Assembly (NCBI GenBank): GCA_048938855.1
Contig: JBHLLT010000019.1
Location: 2,636 to 25,887, forward strand
DNA from: Promethearchaeota archaeon
GTDB lineage: Archaea > Asgardarchaeota > Lokiarchaeia > Sigyniarchaeales > SOKP01
Direction of reading: 5' to 3'
DNA: 23,252 bases
Shown here: piece by piece, positions 8,131-16,985 of the stretch
Layout: the number at the start of each line of letters is the position of its first letter
Position numbering within the stretch: position 1 is the stretch's first letter
The notes under the pieces: generated by a model
Told to the model about the DNA's origin: nothing
The model's database searches: none
What the model saw: only the letters and a program-made list of their open reading frames with translations
Made by a program: the position numbers and the translations under genes

Positions 8131-9807
8131 ATGGATGAAGAATTTGACGTTATTGTAGTTGGTGCAGGATTTGGAGGTCCTGTGGCGGCATTGATATGTG
8201 CTGAAGCGAGATTAAAGACGCTTATAATAGAGAGGTCTGAGAATGTAGGAGATAAGGTCATTTCTGGATTAACAATTCCATTTTATGGTTTTTTATTTGG
8301 ACCAAAATTTATAAGAGACGGAAATCCTCCTATTGAACGCCCTTCAGATGGAATAATTAATTATATTATAAAGGATATAGAGAAAGGAGATATTGAAATT
8401 GATGATTCTTTACGGGTACCAAAGCCATTTTCCCCTATAATTGCTTTTGGGTATAATGCATATTGTAAGCCTTTTTGCGAATGGGAAGTGAGAAAGGCAA
8501 TTGACGCAGGTGCTATCTTGAAGAAATCCACAACAGTAATCGATGTTATAAAAGAAGATGGAAGTATTAAGGGTGTCATAACCGATAAAGGAGAAAAAAT
8601 ACGATGTAAGGTAGTTATTGATGCGGAAGGTTCAAAAGGATTACTGGCAATAAAAGCTGGTGTAAGAGAAAAATATCTTCCTGAGACAATTTCTTTAGCT
8701 GATACGTATGATTATGTAATGGAAAAAGAAGATATTGATAGAATTTTCGGTTATTCGGTGAAAATGTGTTGGGGATGGGATGAACAAAGGATAGCTCCTC
8801 CTCTTGGATACGGTAACGGTTTGATGGTGTGGCCTTATCGAGATAGTCTTCATTTTATGCAAGATCAATGTTTAAGAATAAATGGAGGTCCCGTTCCTAA
8901 TTTAAATAAACTTTTTCAAGAATATCATAAAAATATTACAGGAAAGTTACCTTGGTGGAATAATTTAGTAGCACCTCGAGCGAAATTGAGGGCAAGGATG
9001 TGGGATGGTTTTGAAATATATGTAGGATTGAATAAGAAACTACGTAAGATGGCTAATCATACAGATGGAATGATATTAATTGGAGATGCTGCGGGACTTG
9101 AAAGTACAGAATTATGTGATGGAGTTCCAGCGGCATGGTTCTCTGCAGAAATAGCAGCAAATACTGCAATTGAGGCAATAACTGCAAATAATACTTCAAA
9201 ATTATTTCTGGAAAAATATGATCAAAAAATAAAAGAACATCCAATAATTCAATGGTCTATTTCTGGAAGAAACAGATATGAATTGCGGAATGCCCAAAAA
9301 GAGCATAAAATTAAAAAATTAAGAAAATATATTCATAATGGGTGGGGTTTAGGTGCGTTAACCCATTTTATGACTCCCTTTTTTAAACTACTTTTAGTCT
9401 ATGTGAAGAATGATCCAACAATTATAACTAAATGGATAAAAATGTTTTTTAGATATTATCAAAATTGGATATATGAGAGTTATGATTACTCTAGTACGGG
9501 TAAAGTTAAAGAATTAAATTCCAAAAAATTGAAAAGAATGGAAAAGAAATTCACACGCTATTTAAGAGTAATAGATTCTCTGTTAAAATCATTGAAACCA
9601 AAGCAAAAATTTATTTCTGCTATAATAATCCCTATTTCAAATTCCGTAAATACTTTGATGAAAAATATCCTCCCAATTTTTGAACCTCTCTATTCATTTA
9701 TTTTAAAATTAATAAAACCAATTTCGAATCGCTATGCTATAAAAGTGACAAAATTTGCTGAATATGCTAACCCAATTATATTTAAAAACTTAAGAGGAAT
9801 TAATTAA
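8131..9807 (+). CDS. FAD-dependent oxidoreductase, FixC / geranylgeranyl reductase superfamily (FixC-like)
   Basis: DVIVVGAGFGGPVAA Rossmann motif, ERxxxxGDKxISG, VIDAEG, LIGDAAG FAD motifs; directly followed by a FixX-like ferredoxin. Confidence 0.88.
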   Translation: MDEEFDVIVVGAGFGGPVAALICAEARLKTLIIERSENVGDKVISGLTIPFYGFLFGPKFIRDGNPPIERPSDGIINYIIKDIEKGDIEIDDSLRVPKPFSPIIAFGYNAYCKPFCEWEVRKAIDAGAILKKSTTVIDVIKEDGSIKGVITDKGEKIRCKVVIDAEGSKGLLAIKAGVREKYLPETISLADTYDYVMEKEDIDRIFGYSVKMCWGWDEQRIAPPLGYGNGLMVWPYRDSLHFMQDQCLRINGGPVPNLNKLFQEYHKNITGKLPWWNNLVAPRAKLRARMWDGFEIYVGLNKKLRKMANHTDGMILIGDAAGLESTELCDGVPAAWFSAEIAANTAIEAITANNTSKLFLEKYDQKIKEHPIIQWSISGRNRYELRNAQKEHKIKKLRKYIHNGWGLGALTHFMTPFFKLLLVYVKNDPTIITKWIKMFFRYYQNWIYESYDYSSTGKVKELNSKKLKRMEKKFTRYLRVIDSLLKSLKPKQKFISAIIIPISNSVNTLMKNILPIFEPLYSFILKLIKPISNRYAIKVTKFAEYANPIIFKNLRGIN

Positions 9808-9809
9808 AA

Positions 9810-10079
9810 ATGGTAAGAACTTTTAAAGAAATCCCGGGTGTGGAATGGGCACCAGGAACGGGAGATTTTATAAAAATTGATAAAGCGAAATGTACAGGTT
9901 GCGCTAATTGTGTAAAAGTGTGTCTCGCGGGATGTTTTGAAATTGTGGAAAAACTAGCTAGGGTTAAAACTTTAGAAAAATGTATGGAGTGCGCTTCATG
10001 TTGGTATATCTGTCCTGAGAACGCAATTATATTTACTTGGCCTATTGGTGGAACTGGTTATAAAAGTGATTGGGGCTAA
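9810..10079 (+). CDS. 2x[4Fe-4S] ferredoxin, FixX-like
   Basis: CTGCANCVKVC and CMECASCWYICP motifs; C-terminal WPIGGTGYKSDWG resembles the FixX YPxGGxGVxYxxG tail; 2 nt after the oxidoreductase stop. Confidence 0.9.
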   Translation: MVRTFKEIPGVEWAPGTGDFIKIDKAKCTGCANCVKVCLAGCFEIVEKLARVKTLEKCMECASCWYICPENAIIFTWPIGGTGYKSDWG

Positions 10080-10236
10080 ATTTTCATCATGATGAAGATT
10101 AAAGAATTTATTCAAATCAAATGACAACATATCATCAATTTTCACATTGATTTAAATATGTAAATCACTATTTTTTTACATAACTGTAATTTGATTACAG
10201 ACTATAATAGTTTTAGAAGGAAAAAGGGGTATTGGG

Positions 10237-13200
10237 TTGAAGGTAAATAGACGCCAAATTCGAGTTTTGTATATTTTAATTTTAACATGCTCAATTTTAA
10301 CGATTTTTTCTATAGATAATATCAGAAATAATAATTTTAATGATAAAGGGGATACCAGTTATGATTTAGATTCACGAATGAAGCTTTCGAGTAATCCTCC
10401 AAATCAGGACTATTTTAATTATTATAAAGAGATAACAATAAATCATTTAAAAGTTGCAGAGGATCTTACTAATTTTCCATTATTAATTTCTATATACGAT
10501 TCTGATTTACATTCAAAGGTTCAATCAGATGGAGATGATATTGCTTTCTCAAATGGCTCAGATTGGTTAGACTATGAGATGGAATTATTTGATCAATCTT
10601 ATAGTGGTACTGAAGCTCAGTTAGTAGCTTGGGTAACCGTTCCTTCAGTTTCAAGTTCTACGGACACTAAAATTTACATGTATTATGGAAACTCCACCAT
10701 GGAAGCGCAAGAAAATCCTAGTGGAGTTTGGAGTTCTAATTATAAAGCGGTATGGCACTTAAATACTACCTCGCAAGGTCCAAATATGCTAATAGACTCA
10801 ACAGTCAATAATAATGATGGAACTAATTTTGAAGCGAATGATGGATCAGCATATATTGTTAACGGTCGGGATTACGATGGAAGTAATGATTACTCAAATA
10901 TGGGTTCAGGAAGTAGTATAGATAATATATTTAATGGAGGAGCAACAATATCAGCTTGGATTTACCCGGAAGGATGGGGGGGAGGTACTTATGGCCGAAT
11001 CTTAGATAAAGCAACTGAGACAGCAGGTACAGATGGATGGGTCGTTTGCCTTGATGGTGGTGTTTCACCATGGTACAATCAGTTATTGTTTTATCGTGAT
11101 TTCACTGGCACTAGGGGACTTTGGATGAGTGGAGATAATACCATAGCACTCGATCAATGGCAATATATAACCATTACTTACGATGATTCTTCTGCATCAA
11201 ACGATCCAATGCTTTATATCAATGGTGTAGATGAGAGTGGGAAATCAGGTTGGGAAGATGTCACCCCTACGGGTGGTGCAAGTGACGATGCAGCACAATC
11301 ATTATATATTGGGAACTTTTTGAGTGGAATACGGGGTTTTAACGGTTTAATTGACGAGGTTCGTTTAATATCAGGTATGAAAACCTCCGGTTGGATTCAA
11401 ACAGAATTTAATAATCAAAATAATCCCAGTACATTTTATACAATTGGTGCTGAAATTTCACTTGATACTATACCTCCTGATATTACAATCAACTCACCAT
11501 CAACCAATAGTTTATTCGGGAGTATAGCACCAAATTTCAATGTAGAAATAAATGATAGTAGTAGTATAGATTCAAGATGGTATCGATTGTTTAATGGAAC
11601 AGTTACTACACTTAATACAACTTTTACGACAAATGGAACAATTAATCAAGCACGTTGGGACGAGATGGGAAATGGTACTGTGTCACTTCAATTCTTTGCT
11701 AACGATTCTTCAGGTAATATAGGATTTTCAGAGGTAACAGTGCGAAAGGATATCCGTTATCCAACGATTGTTATCAATTCTCCAAACAGTTTTGAGCTTT
11801 TTGGTACTACACCTCCTACTTTTAATGTAGAAACTAGTGATGTTAATGGTGTAGATGATATGTGGTATACTTTAAATAATGGAATAGAAACTTATTTCAC
11901 TACTAATGGTACAATATCACAATCAGTTTGGAATACATGTGGAAATGGTACTGTTTCAATTAAATTTTATGCGAATGACTCCTTAGGTAATGAAGGTTTT
12001 TCAGAAGTGATAGTACGAAAAGAAGTAAATTCTCCAACGATTCAGATTAATTCTCCAAATGCTTATGAATGTTTTGGTAAAAGTGCACCAAGTTTCAATG
12101 TTTTAATTAGAGATAATTATACAATTGATGATATGTGGTATACTTTAAATAATGGAATAGAAACTTATTTCACTACTAATGGTACAATATCACAATCAGT
12201 TTGGAATACATGTGGAAATGGAACTGTTTCAATTAAGTTTTATGCGAATAATTCTTTAGGTAATGGCGCTTTCACTGAAATTATTGTTAGGAAAGATATA
12301 ATAAATCCTATTATAACAATTAATAGCCCTGATGATTATGATTTATATGGACGATCTGCACCTGCATATAATGTTTTGATTAGTGATCCTAATGGAATCG
12401 ATTCGAAGTGGTATACCCTTGATGGAGGAACCACTAATACTACCTTTATATCAAATGGGATAATTAATCAGACAAGATGGAATGAAATGGGAAGTGGGAT
12501 AATAGTGATTAGATTTTATGCAAGTGATACTCTTGGAAATATAGGTTTCTCAGATGTATACGTTGATAAAGATGTTGACAATCCGGATATTACTATTAAT
12601 TTTCCAGCACCTAATCAGTTATGTGGAGCGATTGCTCCTAGTTTTAATATCGAGATTTCTGACCATAGTAGTATAAGTTTGAGAACATATTCGATTAATA
12701 ACGGCATAAATGTGACATTTACTACAAATACTTCAATAAATCAAGCGTTATGGAATTTAGAAGGAAACGGCACAGTTAATATTAAGTTTTACGCAAAAGA
12801 TTCCTTAGGTAATGAGGGTTTTTCAGAAGTCAATGTTCGTAAGGATATAGATCCTCCTACGATATTAATTAATAATCCCATCTCAGATCAAGTATTTGGA
12901 ACAACTTCACCAGCTTATAATGTTGAAATAACTGATATAAATGGTATCGATGCTATGTGGTATTCTCTCGATGGTGGATTCACAAATACGATCTTTACAA
13001 CAAATGGATCAATAAATCAAGCGATTTGGGACAGTATAGGAGATGGAAATGTTAATATCCGCTTCTATTCCAACAATAGTATTGGAACAGTCGGATATTC
13101 AGAAGTTTCAATCATTAAAGATGTTTATGCTCCAAGGATAACGATAACAATTGATAATCCAATTAATGAAGTATATTGTAAAGAAGCACCAATTATTAAC

Positions 13201-14658
13201 GTATCCGCTTCTGATGTCAATATAGATAAGTTATGGTGTGAAATTGGAAACGATACAATATCACTGATAAATAACGAAGATTTTGAATTAAATAGCTCCA
13301 TTTGGAATGACTTACCTCAAGGATTATTTCAGATTTTTATTTATGCTAATGATACACTTGGTCATTTAAACAATAGCATAATATTAGATTTTTGTAAGGA
13401 TACAATTGCTCCAAATGCTCCAATACTAACAGAATTTCCATCGGGAGAGGTTTCTATACCTTTAGTATTTGATTGGCAGGAGGTAATTGATGATTCGGGG
13501 ATTAAGGAATATCGATTAATCATAGACACCGAACAAAATCCTTTTGCAACTCCAGGTTTTACATTTGAAGAAGTAATTCAAAATAATGGCTCAGGAAGTA
13601 GTTATTACGAATTACTTGAGTACTTAGTTCCAAGAAACTACTACTTCTTTATTTATCAAATTGATATGGCTGGAAATCAAGGTAATGCAGCATATGGCAC
13701 TTTTACCATTAAAGGTGCGTCTGGTCCAGATTCGGGATTTCCATGGTGGATAATTTTGGCAATTGCGGTTCCATTAGGAGTAGCATTACTTGTTGTTGGG
13801 CTGAAAAAATCAAAAAAGAAAGAGGTGCAGGTACTTGTAATAGACAAGGAGTTAGATAAATTAAAGGAGAAAAGAACTTTTTTGGATACTGAAGCTAAAA
13901 GTGCCCTGAAAGCGTATAATTATGTAAAAGCCGCAGAAATCTATGAAGAATGTGCCCAAATATCATACAATTTATACAATGAAGGAGATAAACTTGAGCA
14001 AAGCAGATATAAGCATTTTAAAGACTTAGAGATGGAAGCGCGATCACAAGCGGAAGCCATTCCTATAAGAAATGTTTGTATTAACAAGATACTGACAAAA
14101 TTTTTTGATGAGAATGGAATAAAGTACTATTCAAATCCTCAAATCTATCCTGAAAATCAAGACACGATAAATGGGTTAATCCTAAATGAGAACAATTTCA
14201 TAAAAAATAGATTTACAGAACTTGATGATGGCATGGATCTGGCTAAAGAATTACATACTGATCTTACCATCTTAGAAAATATAAATGCTATACAAATCAT
14301 ATATGCTGTAGATTTATCTGCAGATACCTTAATTGATTATTGTCAAAAGTACCAGAATCCAGAGATGATACTTTATATTGTAGGTGTTGAGTGGCCTGCT
14401 TATAACTATGATGAAAGAATTAATCTTCCTAGAGATAACAAGATAAAGTACTCACAAAATATCAGTGTAATTAGTGTAAACTTGTTTGCTACAATATTTC
14501 TATTAAACGAACAAAATAAAGAAGACCTTCAAAGAATCATTAAATTGAGTGATTTAGATCGATTAAAGGAATTATATGAATCAATGAAAATTGATATACA
14601 TGGTACAGAAGAATTAAAAGATGAACTTAAGCAGAAAGGATGGTTTTTCTTAATTTAA
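10237..14658 (+). CDS. Large cell-surface protein: DUF2341-like + LamG/concanavalin A-like + ~6-7 Ig-like repeats of ~91 aa + TM + ~285-aa cytoplasmic region
   Basis: N-terminal hydrophobic segment; LTNFPLLISI...DGDDIAF...IYMYYGN (DUF2341-like); TISAWIYP...WQYITITYD...LYING...FNGLIDEVRL (LamG); repeats PxIxINSP...WYTL...FYANDSLGN; TM FPWWIILAIAVPLGVALLVVGL then KKSKKK. TTG start. Confidence 0.9.
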   Translation: MKVNRRQIRVLYILILTCSILTIFSIDNIRNNNFNDKGDTSYDLDSRMKLSSNPPNQDYFNYYKEITINHLKVAEDLTNFPLLISIYDSDLHSKVQSDGDDIAFSNGSDWLDYEMELFDQSYSGTEAQLVAWVTVPSVSSSTDTKIYMYYGNSTMEAQENPSGVWSSNYKAVWHLNTTSQGPNMLIDSTVNNNDGTNFEANDGSAYIVNGRDYDGSNDYSNMGSGSSIDNIFNGGATISAWIYPEGWGGGTYGRILDKATETAGTDGWVVCLDGGVSPWYNQLLFYRDFTGTRGLWMSGDNTIALDQWQYITITYDDSSASNDPMLYINGVDESGKSGWEDVTPTGGASDDAAQSLYIGNFLSGIRGFNGLIDEVRLISGMKTSGWIQTEFNNQNNPSTFYTIGAEISLDTIPPDITINSPSTNSLFGSIAPNFNVEINDSSSIDSRWYRLFNGTVTTLNTTFTTNGTINQARWDEMGNGTVSLQFFANDSSGNIGFSEVTVRKDIRYPTIVINSPNSFELFGTTPPTFNVETSDVNGVDDMWYTLNNGIETYFTTNGTISQSVWNTCGNGTVSIKFYANDSLGNEGFSEVIVRKEVNSPTIQINSPNAYECFGKSAPSFNVLIRDNYTIDDMWYTLNNGIETYFTTNGTISQSVWNTCGNGTVSIKFYANNSLGNGAFTEIIVRKDIINPIITINSPDDYDLYGRSAPAYNVLISDPNGIDSKWYTLDGGTTNTTFISNGIINQTRWNEMGSGIIVIRFYASDTLGNIGFSDVYVDKDVDNPDITINFPAPNQLCGAIAPSFNIEISDHSSISLRTYSINNGINVTFTTNTSINQALWNLEGNGTVNIKFYAKDSLGNEGFSEVNVRKDIDPPTILINNPISDQVFGTTSPAYNVEITDINGIDAMWYSLDGGFTNTIFTTNGSINQAIWDSIGDGNVNIRFYSNNSIGTVGYSEVSIIKDVYAPRITITIDNPINEVYCKEAPIINVSASDVNIDKLWCEIGNDTISLINNEDFELNSSIWNDLPQGLFQIFIYANDTLGHLNNSIILDFCKDTIAPNAPILTEFPSGEVSIPLVFDWQEVIDDSGIKEYRLIIDTEQNPFATPGFTFEEVIQNNGSGSSYYELLEYLVPRNYYFFIYQIDMAGNQGNAAYGTFTIKGASGPDSGFPWWIILAIAVPLGVALLVVGLKKSKKKEVQVLVIDKELDKLKEKRTFLDTEAKSALKAYNYVKAAEIYEECAQISYNLYNEGDKLEQSRYKHFKDLEMEARSQAEAIPIRNVCINKILTKFFDENGIKYYSNPQIYPENQDTINGLILNENNFIKNRFTELDDGMDLAKELHTDLTILENINAIQIIYAVDLSADTLIDYCQKYQNPEMILYIVGVEWPAYNYDERINLPRDNKIKYSQNISVISVNLFATIFLLNEQNKEDLQRIIKLSDLDRLKELYESMKIDIHGTEELKDELKQKGWFFLI
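11854..12265 (+). repeat. Intragenic direct repeat with a 95-bp identical core (11854-11948 = 12127-12221), 273-bp period
   Basis: Direct comparison; near-identity continues to about 11992/12265. Confidence 0.9.
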
Positions 14659-14659
14659 A

Positions 14660-14672
14660 TTTTTTTTTTTTT
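14660..14672 (+). terminator. Oligo-T terminator between convergent genes
   Basis: T13 run immediately after the stop of 10237..14658. Confidence 0.55.
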
Positions 14673-14688
14673 ATTTTAAAAATATATT

Positions 14689-16245
14689 TTAAATAAGATT
14701 TTTAATAGCTGTTAACATTGCTTTTAATTGATTATGGATTTCTAATTGATAATCTCTACCCATTTTGAAGAAAATAATCGAGCCCATCTTTCGTTCTAAT
14801 TCCTCATCTATATGAAACTCTTGTATTAATTTTGTCCAATCATTTTGTTCTGATACAAGGATTCCTAACACTAAGACTTTATTTTTATCTAAAAATTCTA
14901 TAATTTTGCTAACGATATATGTCCATTTGGGATTAATTGAATCCCTATCTCGGGCGTCAAAGATACAGAATACACCATCAGAATCACTGACATCCTTTAA
15001 GAAATAGATGCAATTTTTTAATACTAAGCCATTTGAATACTGATAAAATTTTTCATCTTCTTCATCCTTAAAATTTACTAGTTGTTCATTATCACTTGAT
15101 TCAATCATTATTTGTAAAGCAGGATTCCAAAGAGGATTTTCAGTTATAAAAGTTAAAATTAGATTTTCTCGAAATTGCAAAATATATTCAATTTCGTTGA
15201 GCAATTCTTGATTTCTTTGTTGTTTAGCTACTTCTTTACATTTGGTTATGAAATTATATGCTATAAGTCTGAATGCATCTTCAATGTTTTCTCCCGTTAA
15301 TGCACTAGTCTCGAAATATAAAATATTATTATTTGAGGATCTCGCTAATGAATGTGACATACTAACAGCATCTTGATTGCTAATCGCACGTTTCTCAGTT
15401 AAATCTCTTTTATTCCCAATTATCATAACTGGTAAATCCTTACTGTCAATGAATTCATTTAACTCATTATACCAATTTATAACATTTTCAAATGATTTCC
15501 TATTTGTTAAATCAAAAACAATAAATCCTGCCTGGGCAGCATTATAATAAGTTTTACGATATCTTCGAAAATATTCTTGTGCGCCTATGTCCCAAAGAGC
15601 GACATTGATTTGATTCCCAAAAGATTCGAAGTCATGCGATATAACATTAAGCCCAATTGTAGCCCGATAATCTGAGAGAAATCGATTTTCTGAAAATCTA
15701 TGGATAATGGAAGTTTTTCCCACATTATGATCTCCTATAATTATGAATTTAAATTTGTAATTACCTTGAGGATCAAAATCTAACTGATATAATTGGTTTT
15801 TCATTCTTTTTGCTTGTTCAGCATCATACCTAAAATTAGGAATAGATAATTGAATATGATCATTTTCTTTCAGATTAATAATTTGAGCCGTTTTTTCTGC
15901 CAGAAAATACCCATAAGGAGAGTATTGCTCAATTGACGCCATTGTATTTAAAACCATGCTAAGCATTCTGTTTTCATCAACAGATATAAAAATCAATCGA
16001 TTATGATCTGTTTCAAATGAACATGAACCAAATTTTTTAAAATCAAATTCGTACCTAATTCGGTCCAAAATCGGATTAACAATAGTGGTTAAGACTGATA
16101 CTATTTCCATGTCAATATCTTTTCTTGTTTCTCCAGCAATAATCAATCCTTCTTCATCAGATACAATTATAGCTTCAGTTTCCTTATTCATTTCTAAAAA
16201 ATTGTTAAATAATTCATTGAATAGTGTATTTTTATTTAATAACAT
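14689..16245 (-). CDS. Roadblock/LC7 domain + Rab-like small GTPase + degenerate GTPase-like C-terminal domain
   Basis: N-terminal TEAIIVSDEEGLIIA (Roadblock); G1 GDHNVGKTS, G2 ATIG, G3 WDIGAQE, G4 GNKRD, G5 ETSAL; C-terminal SDGVFCIFDARDRDS...VLVLGI echoes GTPase beta4-beta5 with no P-loop. Confidence 0.92.
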   Translation of the reverse strand: MLLNKNTLFNELFNNFLEMNKETEAIIVSDEEGLIIAGETRKDIDMEIVSVLTTIVNPILDRIRYEFDFKKFGSCSFETDHNRLIFISVDENRMLSMVLNTMASIEQYSPYGYFLAEKTAQIINLKENDHIQLSIPNFRYDAEQAKRMKNQLYQLDFDPQGNYKFKFIIIGDHNVGKTSIIHRFSENRFLSDYRATIGLNVISHDFESFGNQINVALWDIGAQEYFRRYRKTYYNAAQAGFIVFDLTNRKSFENVINWYNELNEFIDSKDLPVMIIGNKRDLTEKRAISNQDAVSMSHSLARSSNNNILYFETSALTGENIEDAFRLIAYNFITKCKEVAKQQRNQELLNEIEYILQFRENLILTFITENPLWNPALQIMIESSDNEQLVNFKDEEDEKFYQYSNGLVLKNCIYFLKDVSDSDGVFCIFDARDRDSINPKWTYIVSKIIEFLDKNKVLVLGILVSEQNDWTKLIQEFHIDEELERKMGSIIFFKMGRDYQLEIHNQLKAMLTAIKNLI

Positions 16246-16492
16246 GGTTGATCCTTCTTACGTCTACTAAAATTTAGAGATTTTAATGAAGCTTTATGAT
16301 CCAGTTTATCCTTTGAATATAATATGAAGTAATGAATATTTAAATATACTTTCTTGTCAAGTGTAAAGAAGGCAAAATCTTTTGCTTATATATTCTAAAA
16401 TTGGATAATTTTGTAATTCAATCGTAGAAATATCTTTTTCAAATTCTGTTTTAGATTAATATGTAAATTTTTTAGAAGTACAAAGAAAGAGT

Positions 16493-16936
16493 TTAGTTTC
16501 TTTTTGAGAGTGTATTTATTAGATCCATTAAATGGTTCTTCCCTTCAATAATTCTTTTAATATCCTCTTTAAAAGATTTTAGAAGTGTAACTTTTTCTTG
16601 CACTGGTAATGTAAAATGTCCTGTAAATTTCTCTACAAATTTATTTTTTATTTTTCTTAATATTGGATTTATGATTTCTGATTTCGCGTTTGGTTTAGCT
16701 TTTATAATAAAGAGGTAGCTTGTTAATTTTTCTCTAATTAAAAAGAATTTATTTCTATCAATATTAACTACTTTAATTTCGTCTTCTTCAATATTTTTTG
16801 CTACTGATTGTAAAGCATGGATAAAATGGGTTAATATAGAATGATCAATATCGGAATTTCCGTTAGCATAATTATCATAACTGAAGATAGTTGCTCCAGA
16901 GTTATCAATAATGTAAATCCAAATTATCTCATTCAT
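16493..16936 (-). CDS. Stand-alone longin domain protein
   Basis: IYIIDNSGATIFSY...LTHFIHALQSVAKNI...IKVVNID...LFII...LRKIKNKFVEKF is the longin beta-beta-alpha-beta-beta-beta-alpha-alpha pattern; SD AGGTGA upstream. Confidence 0.82.
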   Translation of the reverse strand: MNEIIWIYIIDNSGATIFSYDNYANGNSDIDHSILTHFIHALQSVAKNIEEDEIKVVNIDRNKFFLIREKLTSYLFIIKAKPNAKSEIINPILRKIKNKFVEKFTGHFTLPVQEKVTLLKSFKEDIKRIIEGKNHLMDLINTLSKRN

Positions 16937-16985
16937 TTTACATCACCTTGTATACTATTTTTTACTGTTATTTACTTGAATTTTG

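Noticed and set aside
8361-9244. Minus-strand ORFs 8361..8579 and 9053..9244
   Set aside because: Antisense shadows inside the FixC-like gene.
11854-12265. Repeat pair as a diversity-generating retroelement TR/VR or CRISPR array
   Set aside because: Both copies are in-frame coding repeats, mismatches are not adenine-specific, there is no spacer structure, and no reverse transcriptase or cas gene is in the window.
13702-13728. Shared juxtamembrane FTIKxxSGP in the two large surface proteins (also near 17770-17797)
   Set aside because: Too short, DNA not similar; likely a generic last beta-strand plus linker.
16085-16270. Plus-strand 61-aa ORF
   Set aside because: Antisense to the Roadblock-GTPase 5' end.
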